The notes under the pieces were generated by a model. It saw only the letters and a list, made by a program, of their open reading frames with translations, searched no databases and was not told the DNA's origin. A stretch of 63,923 nucleotides of DNA, filler included, from Thraustochytrium aureum (taxonomy: Eukaryota), in assembly GCA_012862495.1 (NCBI GenBank). It is 5 parts of 5 records of this genome, joined end to end, with 100 filler letters (N's around TTAATTAATTAA, not from the genome) between each part and the next. Parts side by side here need not be neighbours in the genome. Positions count along the whole stretch, not along the records: positions 42,822 to 58,818 come from BLSG01000295.1; 4 more parts are not named here. The stretch is one strand, 5' to 3'. This document shows positions 43,204-54,622 of the stretch, one piece after another (the first letter of the stretch is position 1; each line of letters opens with the position of its first letter). Position numbers and translations under genes: made by a program.

Positions 43204-44935
43204 TCACCAAGAAGGTCGTCGAGCGCCGCGCCGACTTGGTCGACGAGCCCAGCGTCCAAGGGTCCGCCAGCCGCCGCGGCTCCAACCTCGTTGGACCGCG
43301 CGCCCAAAGCATCCTACCTCGTCGTCCTCTTCGCTGATCGAGCCGCCCGGCCGGCGCGCGGTCTCTCTGACCGGAACAAGCGGCACGAGGAGGACCAGCA
43401 CCAACGTGGACACGAGTTGCAGCGACGCCGTCAAGGCGAACAGGTGGCCAAACCCGTACCGGTCGATGCTCATCCCTCCTAGCACCGCACTCCCGCTCCA
43501 GTTCAGCCGCGTCACGCTCTCGATGCTGTTGAAGCGCGCGCGCCGGCTCTTCGGCACATAATCCATCAAAACGGCCTTGCGCAGCGGCCTCGTGCAGTGC
43601 TGCAGCGTCGACAGAAAGTAAACCGGCAAGACCAGCCTGGCGTCCGGCGACTCGCCGTCTGGCTGCACGAAGTACGCCAACGCAAAGAGCGAAAGGCAGC
43701 CCAACAAGCTCAGGAGGGAGCAGATCTGCACGCGTCCGACGCGGCGCGCTGCGCGCTGCACCGCGAGCGACACCAGGGTCATGAACAGCGGCAGTGCAAT
43801 GTAGATGCAGTTGAGGGCCACCGGCGACATGTGCAGGTTGTTCTTGAAAAACAGCGGGAAGAACTTTACGCTCATCCCGCTGCCTAGCGCTGAGATCACG
43901 TCCGATGCGACTAAAAGCGAGCTGATGTGCTCTTGCCCAAAGCAAAGCAGCCGCGGCTCCGCCTCGAGCCCCGCGGCTCGCGGCTCGGGCTCGCGCGCCA
44001 GCAATGGCACCCCATGGTCATGCTCTCGCGCCGGCAGCTCCCAGGTCTCGCCCGCCTCCATGCTCCTGCTTCGCGGACGAATGACGCCAGCTGACTGGGC
44101 AGTTCGGTCCGTGCGGCCAGCCAGCCGACCCGGCACTGCCGCGAACGGGCTCGCGTCGGCCAACGAGGCACCAACGCCGCCGCTTTCTTGGGCCTCCAAG
44201 ACCTCGTCCACGAGGCGCTGGTATTGCATACCTGCGCCGCCAGGCGTGGACGGGATGTAGTGCGACTCGCTGTCGAGCCCCAGCGCGTGGTCATCGTCCA
44301 TGAAAAAGAGCACCATCACGGGAATCACGTTGAGCGATATCCCGACCAGGAACACGTTGGTGAGCCGCTTCCACGTCCACTGGTTGCCAAAGTGCAAGAA
44401 CAGTGCGACGCAAATCACTGGGCCGCTCACGCTCGAGACCTGCTGCAGAACAAACCGCAGCGTGTTGAACTTGCTGCGTTCTCCCGTCGGCACGCTGTCT
44501 GCGAAAAGCGTTGTCGATGCACGTCGCGGACATGCCCTGGAAGCACCCTATCGCCGCAAGAGCGACAGTCATGAACGCAAACCTTTGGTCGTCGTTGAGC
44601 GACTCGTCCGGCGCCTTTAATGCGTACATGACCAAGGCGCAAGAGCTGAGCCCAATCGCGCCTGCAAAGTGGAGCACAGCGTCTCGCCTCACTCGGTCCG
44701 CCACGAGCCCGGCCACCACAGCGGCAGCCGCCTGGGCCACGCCTTGGACGCCTTCCGCCGCGCCAACCGCGGTCGTCGACCCCGACAGCTCCTTGAGATA
44801 AACCGACAGGATCGTAAAGGCCCACACGCCGCGTGCGGCGCTGCCTAGGAAGGCAAAGGCCATGGCCAGCCGCACATTGCGATTCCAGGCCTTGCTCTTC
44901 CTGGACCGGTGGAGCCTCCAGCGATCGCGACCCAT
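43204..44935 (-). CDS. Major facilitator superfamily transporter, apparent frameshift at ~44511
   Basis: Motif A AGLVADRVRR; two TM bundles separated by a long loop; RRVGRV and LMDYVPKSRRARFNS. Confidence 0.85.
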
Positions 44936-45589
44936 CTCGTCCCGGCTGGTCTATCTGCCTCAAGTTCTGGCCTGCTGCGCCCTCGCCGCGCCGCCGTCTG
45001 CGGCGCGCAGGCAGCCTGCGAGCACGGCCTGGCCGCGCACTGTGCTCTCGTGGCGCTCCGGGGCGACAGCAGAGGGCCTGGCTAGCAGGCAAGCTGGCGG
45101 GCTGGCTGGCTNNNNNNNNNNNNNNNNNNNNNNNNNNNNNNNNNNNNNNNNNNNNNNNNNNNNNNNNNNNNNNNNNNNNNNNNNNNNNNNNNNNNNNNNN
45201 NNNNNNNNNNNNNNNNNNNNNNNNNNNNNNNNNNNNNNNNNNNNNNNNNNNNNNNNNNNNNNNNNNNNNNNNNNNNNNNNNNNNNNNNNNNNNNNNNNNN
45301 NNNNNNNNNNNNNNNNNNNNNNNNNNNNNNNNNNNNNNNNNNNNNNNNNNNNNNNNNNNNNNNNNNNNNNNNNNNNNNNNNNNNNNNNNNNNNNNNNNNN
45401 NNNNNNNNNNNNNNNNNNNNNNNNNNNNNNNNNNNNNNNNNNNNNNNNNNNNNNNNNNNNNNNNNNNNNNNNNNNNNNNNNNNNNNNNNNNNNNNNNNNN
45501 NNNNNNNNNNNNNNNNNNNNNNNNNNNNNNNNNNNNNNNNNNNNNNNNNNNNNNNNNNNNNNNNNNNNNNNNNNNNNNNNNNNNNNNNN

Positions 45590-46104
45590 GGGTCTGGCGA
45601 GGTCGTGTCGCGCGCCTCGACGAGGTCGGGCCGCTCGACGAGCTGCTTGAGCTCGCCCACGGTAAACCTCGTCAGCTGGTTGCGCTTGCGGCGGCCCAGC
45701 GCGGCTTTCGCCTTTTTCGCGCTCTCCTCGTCAGCGCGCTCCTCGCCATCGTCTTCGCCTGCCGCCTCGCTACCCCCTGCGGCGCCCTTGGCATCGCCCG
45801 CCTCACTGGCTGCCTCGCCGCCAACGACTCCGCCCCCAACGAGCCGCTCCACGGGGGCAAACTTGCTAAACACGGCCTTGAGCTCCTCCATGCCCTTGAG
45901 CTCCTCGTCGCTGATCTTCTCCGTGACATAATCGATCACGAGCGCATCCTGTGCGGGGGCTCGCGGGTCCGCCGCGCCCCTGTCCAGCGCCCCCCGCTGG
46001 CCCGCGTCGACCTCCTTTTTCCTCCTCTTCTTCAGCCTCTTCTTATCATTCTTCGACAGCGGCCGCTTCCTACAGCCCTCCTCCACGGCGCCCTCGCCGC
46101 CCAT
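45590..46104 (-). CDS. SF3B2: Splicing factor 3B subunit 2 (SAP145/Cus1), N-terminal part only
   Basis: IDYVTE, VFSKF, RRKRNQLTRFTVGELKQLVERPDLVEARDTTSPD, then runs into an N gap. Confidence 0.85.
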
Positions 46105-46772
46105 CGCGCCCGGCGGCCCTCGTCCAGCTTGGGGCGCGCCCGAGCAGTCGAGCAGCCGAGCGAGCGAGCAACCGAGCGAGGCGTCGCGCAAGAAGTAATC
46201 GCCCCGACGCCGCGCCTGCAGCCTCTGCCGAGCCGAGCCGCCGCCAGCGGACGGAGCAAGGCCTTCCAGCGCTTCTCTATCGCGCAGCAGCCGCGCTCTT
46301 TGGCGCCGTCCCGGACGCAGCCTGTCCCGGACGCAGACTGTCTTGGACGCACTCTGTCCTTGCACGGCCAAATTTGGCCTTGTAACCTGTTTCATGATTG
46401 ATAGGTTGATTTTGACAGGCCAAGAAACGAATCCGGACCTCTTCGGCCCGGTCCTCTCCAACGTGGCGCAGCGAGACGTCCCTGTTGGCGCTGCCTGACC
46501 TGATAAGGTTGGGCTACGCCGTCTCGCTCATCTTTTCGAGGACGCGCGTCCCGTTCCGTTTTGAACGCCGAACGCCCCTTCCGCGTGATGATGCCTCTCG
46601 CTAGAGCGCTTGATTGAAGAGAGACTTGGTCCAGCACGTTTGCGGCTCTGCGCCGCAGGTCGTTGCTGGCGACGCTGCTGCGCCCGAGCCGTGGTCGCGA
46701 CGAGCCGACGCGGATCGTGAATGGAAGCAAAGTAGGTGGATGGGGGGGTTATTGGTCGGGTGTGGTAGCTAG

Positions 46773-49700
46773 CTAGCCTGCGGCGTGCAAGCCAAAGTAC
46801 GCGCCGCTCGTGTCGCGGATGAGCTCGTCGTGCGTGCCGTCTTGCACGATGGCGCCGCGGTCCATGACGATAATGCGCGACGCGTTGCGGATCGTCGAGA
46901 GGCGGTGAGCGATCACCAGAGTCGTACGCGCCTGGTCGGACTCCACGACGAGCCTGTCCAGCGCGTGCTGCACCTCGCGCTCGCTCTCGTTGTCCAGCGC
47001 GGCAGTCGCCTCGTCAAGAATGAGGATGCGGGGGTTCTTGATGAGGGCGCGAGCGATGCAAATGCGCTGGCGCTGCCCGCCGCTCAGCGACCGCCCCTTC
47101 GCACCGCACTGCGTCTCGTACCCCTCTGGAAACGCGACGATAAAGTCGTGGGCATTGGCTAGCCGGCACGCCTGCTCCACCCGCTCTGCGACTTGCGCGC
47201 TGGACATGGCAGCCAGCTGCGCCTCCGCGAGTCCGTACGCCACGTTCTCGCGGATCGACGCGCTGAAGAGGATCGGCTGCTGGTCCACGAGAGCGATCTG
47301 GTCGCGAAGACTGGCCAAGTTCATGGCATCGAGCTCCACGGCATTGTCGAGCACAATGCGGCCTTCCGTCGGGTCGTAGAACCGCACGAGCAGCTTGGCG
47401 ATTGTACTTTTGCCCGATCCAGAGTGCCCGCAGAACGCCACCGTGTCGCCGGGCGAGACATCCAGCGAAAAGGAAGCAAGGACTGGAGCGTCGAGGCGCG
47501 TCGGGTAGGCGAACGAAACTTTTTCGAAGCGGATTGCGCCCCGGAGCTCGTCTCGGCGGCCCTCCTGACTCGACGAGTCGATCTTGCGGCGGTCGTCCAG
47601 CAGGCGGTAAATGCGCGAGATGGCCACCTCGGCCTTGCTCGTGTCGTTGGCGCGTGCGAACGACTGGCCCACGCCTTGCGCGGTCAGCGTGACCACGAAA
47701 AATCACCCTGCTCAGCTCTGGGGGCTGGATGCGGCCCTGGGAGATCAGCCGCGCCCCGAACCAGAACGTGAAAGCGTAGACAACCTGGAAGAGGCACTGG
47801 GCCATTCCGTTCTGGAACCCGGTGATGTTGGCATTGCGGATCCCTGAATTTTGGCTCTCTTCGAGGAAGCCGCGATAGTACTCTGCGATTGAAGCCTCCG
47901 CAGAGCAGCTGTAAACGGTGCGTATGCTACTCAGGGCCTGGTTGATGATGCGACCAGATTCAGTGTCTGTCTTGACCTTTTGAACTGCGTGCTGGCGAAC
48001 GCTGCGAGGCGAAGGGCGGCAAAAGCTCGTTTGCGTCAGCGGCGGCAAGGAGCGAGGGCAAAGGAAGGCGACCGAGCACCACAAAGCAAACGTACCGAAT
48101 GTAAGACGAGAAGACCAGCAAGCAAGAGGGGAGGAGCACTGCAGCAGTCATGAGCGGCGAGGCCGACAGGGCGATGCAGAGGCCCACAATGATGGCAAAC
48201 CCGTTCTCAACAACCATGCCATAGTAGTCGGAGGTCACGTTTTGAACAAGAATCGGGTCTGTCGCCAGCCGCGAAACGAGCACGCCAGCCTGGTTGCGAG
48301 GCCTGTCGAAGAACGCGGCGTCCATTCGCATGTAGGCCGCAAACATTTCGCGCTTCAGCCGGTGCGTGAGCCGCTGGCTGGCGCCGCCGAACGACTGCGC
48401 ATTCACAAACATACTCGCGCCCGTCACAAGGCCGATGAGGGCGTACAGAAGGAAGGTTTGCTTGCCCGCAGCTCTGACGTCGTCAGGGCCGTGACCCGGC
48501 AAGTAACCATTCGCACACAAGCGCGTTCCCAACGGGGTAGGAGCGCAAAACTCGCCAGGATGGCAGTCGGCATCACGCGCACAAACCTGGAAACGCAGAG
48601 CCGCAGAAGGAATGAGGATAAAGCTGGCGAGCGCGTGCGAAAGGATAATGCTGGTCGCAGGATTCGATCCGCCCTTCACCCCAGCTGCAACAATCCCGGC
48701 GGCAAGGGACCATAGCTCGCCCCGCGACTCGTTCCAGAGCCGCTTGGTGCTCACCGGATAGTGGTCGTCCTCGTCGTCCTCGTCCGCGCCCGCGCCGGCG
48801 GCCCCCTCGGCGAGGGGTAATTCGCCGCTGATTGGCTGCGACGAGGCGGCGGCGCCGATGCCGTCCGAGTAAGCAGAGAGCATGCTCGAGGACCGCGCCA
48901 GCGAGTGCAGGGGGAAGCGAGCCTCCGCGGGCGGTTCGCTGTCCAGGGCCTGGCTGCGCGACGGAGAGAGCGGGCTTGCGGGTTCACTTCGTCTCGCATC
49001 CGCCTGGGCTCTCGACGCCACGCTGCCATTCGAAGCTGCAGCCTCGAGAGCAGCCCCGTCGTCACCAGCGCCAATCTCCCACAGACCGCGATAGACGCCG
49101 AGAGGTATCGTCATCAAGTGGTCGTGCGTGCCTGCCTCGACGATGTGCGACCCGCCGTCCGGGTCCTGCGTGGGCCCGAATACCAGGATCTGGTCAGCAT
49201 TGCGAATCGTGCTCAGCCGGTGCGCAATGCAGATCGTTGTGCGCTGGCGCATCTCCAAGAGGCGATCGAGCGCCGCCTGGACGGTTCGCTGCGAGGCCCG
49301 ATCCAGAGCAGAGGTGGCCTCGTCGAGGAGCAGGATGCTGGGGTCGCGGATGATCGCTCGAGCGATCACCACCCGCTGCCGCTGGCCACCGGAAAGCGAA
49401 GCGCCCTCGGACCCACACGGTGTGTTGTATCCCTCAGGAAACTGCTCGATAAAGTCGTGGGCGTTGGCCATGCGCGCGGCCTCGCGAACGCGGTCCATGT
49501 CTACGTCGCCGTCCATTCCGAGCCAGATGTTCTCTGCGATTGAAGTCGCAAACAGCACTGGCTCCTGCGCCACGAGCGCGATGTTGCGCCGGAGGTGTTG
49601 CAACTTGAACTCGTGCAAGAGGTGGCCGTTCACCTGCACGATCCCGCTCGCGGGGTCGTAGAAGCGCTCGAGGATGGAGATGCAGGTCGACTTGCCGCAT

Positions 49701-50975
49701 CCGCTCGGGCCTGCGAGTCCGACGGTCTGGCCGCGCTCGATGCGAAATGATACCTTGTTGAGAACCAGCTGCGTCCTGCCCGGGTAAGTGAAGCAAACGT
49801 CCTTAAACTCGATGGGGCCGTCCAGGCTGGCCTCCGCGGACCCGTCCACCTGATTGGGCTCGCGGTCCACGATGCTCAGGAGCGCGTTCGCGGCGGTGCG
49901 GCACTGGGCCAGGGCTTGGGACCACGGGGACCGCCACGCCGATCGACATTGCGCCGATCACGCATGTGAAAACAGTTGTCAGAACCGACCCAAAGTCGCT
50001 CTCAAACGCAGCGATCAGAGTAGAGCCGTACCAGTAGGCAAGACCGAAGGTAGAGAATAAAAGCACGAACAAGAGGCTGACGCCCAGCGACCGAATAGAA
50101 ACAAGCCGGAGGCCCAGCGCTTCGGCCTCGGCCAGGAACGTGTCGTACTTGTCCACGGCGCGGCGTTCAGAGGTAAACGCTGCCACCGTCTGCATGGCGC
50201 TGAGGACCTCCTCGGCGTGCCCGCCGCCAGCCTCGTTGACCTTGTCGAGCTTTTTGAACGTGCGCACCGCTGCGATGATCAGCCCCACCACCAGGAGCGA
50301 CATGACGGGCAGGATGCCCATCAGGGTGCCGGCCACCTTGGGGTTCGTGTTGAAAGCGATCGCGTACGAGAAGATCAGCTGCGACGAGAACTGGAACGCC
50401 ATGCCCAGGCTCTCCGAGATGCCGCGCAAGAGGTTTTGGCTCTGCTCGGACAGCAGCGTCGACAGCTGCCCCGTGGACCGCGAGTCGTAAAAGGCCACCT
50501 CTTGCCGGAGCAGAGACGCAAGGCAAGCGCGCTTGGCGCGGCGAACGACGCGCTCGCCCAGTGAGGCGAGCAGCACATTTTGCAGGTACCCGGCCACGAA
50601 AGCGGCCAGCCCAAGCTCGATGAGCCGCGGCACGTTGCGCTCGATATTGTCCTTGAGCGCTTCCTTGGAGGCCCCAGCACCTCCAGAAAAGATGTTGCCC
50701 ATCACCCGCGCTTGCAGAGGCGGCACGGTCCCAAACGCGACTGCCGCCAGCACACCTCCCACTGCAAGCCCCACGTCCGCCTTGGTAAAAAACCTCCTCA
50801 GCGCCAGCAGCCCAGCCTCGGCCGCCACATCCTGCTCGCCCGCCGCGCCGCGCCGCTCTGCCTGTTCCCCTACCTCGACCAGCACCTGCTCCTCCGCGAG
50901 CAGCGGGCGGTGCAGCGCGTCCGTCTCGTCGACCGCGATCGTGGCACGTCCCGGCTGTGGCATCGCGGCCGCCAT
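46773..50975 (-). CDS. Full-length ABCB (P-glycoprotein/MDR) transporter, one intron and two apparent frameshifts (~49919, ~47700)
   Basis: TMD-NBD-TMD-NBD; Walker A GPSGCGKS and GHSGSGKS; LSGGQRQR twice; ILLLDEATSALD and ILILDEATAALD; IAHRLSTIRNA twice. Confidence 0.95.
48002..48095 (-). other. 94-nt GT-AG intron in the ABCB gene
   Basis: GTACGT...GCTGAC...pyrimidine tract...CAG; removal restores the frame (SYIRVRQHAVQKVK). Confidence 0.88.
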
Positions 50976-51511
50976 CCCCGCGCCAGCCAGCCCGCACAAG
51001 ACACGCCGCAGCAAGCTAGCTCTACCGCACCGNNNNNNNNNNNNNNNNNNNNNNNNNNNNNNNNNNNNNNNNNNNNNNNNNNNNNNNNNNNNNNNNNNNN
51101 NNNNNNNNNNNNNNNNNNNNNNNNNNNNNNNNNNNNNNNNNNNNNNNNNNNNNNNNNNNNNNNNNNNNNNNNNNNNNNNNNNNNNNNNNNNNNNNNNNNN
51201 NNNNNNNNNNNNNNNNNNNNNNNNNNNNNNNNNNNNNNNNNNNNNNNNNNNNNNNNNNNNNNNNNNNNNNNNNNNNNNNNNNNNNNNNNNNNNNNNNNNN
51301 NNNNNNNNNNNNNNNNNNNNNNNNNNNNNNNNNNNNNNNNNNNNNNNNNNNNNNNNNNNNNNNNNNNNNNNNNNNNNNNNNNNNNNNNNNNNNNNNNNNN
51401 NNNNNNNNNNNNNNNNNNNNNNNNNNNNNNNNNNNNNNNNNNNNNNNNNNNNNNNNNNNNNNNNNNNNNNNNNNNNNNNNNNNNNNNNNNNNNNNNNNNN
51501 NNNNNNNNNNN

Positions 51512-52485
51512 AAGCCCTCAGAGCGCGGGTTCGCTTTGCTGCGCGTGATGGTCGGCGAAGTTGTTGGGAACCTTGCCCCCGCTGTGGCTTGCCTGGTCGA
51601 GCACGAGATGCGCACTGTGGCAACGGTCTCCCTTGTCGCTAGGGCATTGGAGAGAGTCGTGGGGCGGCGGATCGCTGGCGTCGAATTCGTCCAGGTTGGC
51701 CTTGGGGCACCCTACGGGCCAGCTTGGCTCTTGACGGCCGAGGAGCTCGCGCAGGTCTGCGAAGGCGGGCAACTTGGTGTCGACATTTCGCCTGCAGCGG
51801 AGGCCGCGGCTGTTCAGGAGCTGCTGGGCTCTGTTTTGCCGAGCGAGGATGGCGAGAGCTCGCGCAGCTCGTGGGACAGCGAGAGCAGCGCAAGCGACTG
51901 CAGCGCTGGGCCCTGCGTCCAGCGAGGGCTACGTGTTGCGCGCCTTGCGAGCCGGTGGGCCGTCCGCCGAACGTGCGCGCGCTCGAGGAAGCGCTCCGCT
52001 CAAGCTACGCAGACGCCCGGGCTGCGGCGGCGCGCTATGCATCTGTTGGGAGTGATGGCGACGAGGACTACGAGCTTGACGAGTCTCGAGAAACGAACAG
52101 CGTGCAAGGCACGGCAGTGGCTGCCCATGTGTCTTCCGAGTTGTTTCGCAGTGTTCACATTCCCGCTGTGGAGGTCAGTGCACTTGTGCAGCGAGCGCTG
52201 GATTCGGGTCCGCACTGGAGCACGCACGCGCTCTGGATCCTTGCGCGCGTCCTTGATGAGCTTGCAGTCGCTGAGTGGATATGTGGGGCGCGATTTCAAG
52301 CTTGTGAGCTGCAGGCCGAGCTCGACGTGATCAAGGCGGGCCACGGCGCGGCCGGCGTCAAGCGCCCCGCATTGTCAGAGTTGACGAGTAAAGTCGGCGA
52401 ATCCCAGCTTGCGCGAACGGGCGACCAAGGCCAAGGCCAGACACCGTCCTTGTCGGGCTGCGCAAAACGCAGGCGCGTCGTGTGA
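51512..52485 (+). CDS. Hypothetical protein, 5' end probably in gap, apparent frameshift near 51965
   Basis: Coding-like parts of ORFs 51536-52330 and 51724-52485 join across one frame change; no family recognised. Confidence 0.5.
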
Positions 52486-52620
52486 AGGAGAGGGACGTTC
52501 GTGATGCTGTGCCGTCCTTGTCGGGCTGCGCAAAACGCAGGCGCGTCGTGCGTGGGAAGGAGGGGAGGGAGGTTCGTGATGCTGTGCCGCCCTTGTCGGG
52601 CCGCACGAAAGGCAGGCGTG
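52444..52620. repeat. 68/75-bp imperfect tandem repeat, about 2.5 copies
   Basis: CCGTCCTTGTCGGGCTGCGCAAAACGCAGGCGCGTCGTG at 52444 and 52512, diverged copy at 52587. Confidence 0.9.
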
Positions 52621-52729
52621 CTGGGGCGCCCTCGCTAGCTCTAGGGTAAGCTGATGGGAAGGGAAACGGGGAAAGTTAGTGTTGCTGTAAGTACCCTGAG
52701 CCTACTTTTTGATCCTGGGCGGGCGCAGA

Positions 52730-54102
52730 CTAGTAGCGGCGCGTGTTTGTTGCGGCCGGCTTTTTGGGCTGCACCTCCCCCTCCTCCACGCGGTGGATCA
52801 TGACAGTGGAGATATTCTGCTGCGGGTTTTGCGAGGCCCCCTTGGACCAATCGTACGAGACGGCGTAGGCGAACAGGCGGCCGCTCGAGCTGAAGCAGGT
52901 CGAGGTGATCGGGGCCGGGTCGTTGTTCTGCATCTTGATCTGCGACGACGCTTTTAGCCGCTGCTTGCAGTCCTTGTCCCAAAAGTTCCAGACGCCGTCG
53001 CTGCCGCAGGAGGAGAAAATGCCGATCTGGTTGTGAAACGATATCTCGTTGACCACGTAGATCCGCTTTGAGTTTTTGTCGCGGTGGCACTTGAAGGCAA
53101 AGTTGTCGTTGAGCCGGTTGATGCCAAAGTACTGTATCGAGCACCGACCCTCGATGCTGGCCACTGCGAACCCGGTCTTGTCCGGGAACACGGTAATTGT
53201 CCGGTACTGGCGCTTGAGCACCTTCGTGTGCGGCGACGGCGTCCCATCCGCGGCCGGCGCGACCTGGTTGAGGATGCGCTCGGGCTGCGAGGGGTTGGCC
53301 CCCAAGTTGTAGATGAGGATCTGGCGGTCGTTTTCGCTCCCCCCGGTGCCCACGACGCAGTATGGAAACTTGACGTCCATGCAGTCTATGCGCGCGTTGT
53401 TGGGCATCTGGCATGTAAGCACAGGATTTGGGGTGCGCAGGTCCCAGTAAAGTAGCTTGCCGTCCCAGCCCGCGGTGGCGAGCAGGCTCTTTTCGGGGAT
53501 CCACCTGCACGACTTGATCGGCGCGTCGTGCTTGCCGACCACCGTTGCGTTTTGCAGCCCAGGGTTGCTCTCGAACTGCCAGGCCTTGACCACGTTGTCG
53601 CACCCGCAGGTAAAGCACCCGGTGCCGTCCTTGAAGCAGACGTCCAGCACAGGCGCGTCGTGCGTGATGAAAGCGCGTAGGTCGGCCTTGAGCATGGACC
53701 CGTTGTCCTGCACATCGTAGCACCGGACCTTGTTGTCCCAGCTCGCGACGAGCAAGAGGTTGCTTCCTGCTACGGGCGAGAAAACCACGCGCGAGATCGA
53801 GTCTGTTGCCGAGTGCTGGTCCCGGGGGATCTCGTAGTCGTTGTTCGGGTTGGAAACGTTTGCAAAGCCGCCCTGGGCAGCTGGCGCCTGCCCGAAAGAG
53901 CCGGTGCTCGCTGGCGCCCCAAAGCCACCGGTCTGCCCAAAGCCGCCCGACTGCTGGCCGCTTTGCCCGAACGCGTTGCTGCTCCCAAACGAGTTGGTCG
54001 AGCCGAACCCGCTCGTCGTGGTGGACCCAAAGCCACCCCCGCCGGCGGCCGGCGCTCCGAATGTGCTCCCAAACCCGCCTCCAGTGCTACCGCCCCCCGA
54101 AC
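52730..54102 (-). CDS. RAE1: mRNA export factor Rae1/Gle2 (WD40) with FG-repeat N-terminal extension; start in N gap
   Basis: NPNNDYEI..DSIS, ASWDNKVRCY, HDAPVLD, GFAVASIEGRC, NFAFKCHR, GSDG..FWDKD, FAYAVSYDWSKG. Confidence 0.93.
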
Positions 54103-54524
54103 NNNNNNNNNNNNNNNNNNNNNNNNNNNNNNNNNNNNNNNNNNNNNNNNNNNNNNNNNNNNNNNNNNNNNNNNNNNNNNNNNNNNNNNNNNNNNNNNNN
54201 NNNNNNNNNNNNNNNNNNNNNNNNNNNNNNNNNNNNNNNNNNNNNNNNNNNNNNNNNNNNNNNNNNNNNNNNNNNNNNNNNNNNNNNNNNNNNNNNNNNN
54301 NNNNNNNNNNNNNNNNNNNNNNNNNNNNNNNNNNNNNGCGAACGCGCGAATGCGCGCAGCGAATGCACGCGCCAGCGCCAGCAATCGCGGACAAGCGCGC
54401 TGCGCAGTGCGTGGCCCGCCGCGCGCAAAGGGCCTCTGCTGCCGGCCCGATCCTCCCCCGCGCCTGCCCTGCTCGCGAGGCTTGCTTGCATCCATTCCTG
54501 CCACAGCTTTCCATCGATGTGCCT

Positions 54525-54622
54525 CCTGAAACTCAATACTATGTTAGGCGTTTGGTTGCGGAAAAATTCAATTTCTATCCTTGAACGCTCTACGGTTTCC
54601 GAACGTAGTATTGAATTTCAGG
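54525..54622. repeat. 98-bp segment bounded by 21-bp imperfect inverted repeats
   Basis: CCTGAAACTCAATACTATGTT (54525-54545) matches the reverse complement of 54602-54622 (CCTGAAATTCAATACTACGTT) at 19 of 21 positions. Confidence 0.75.
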
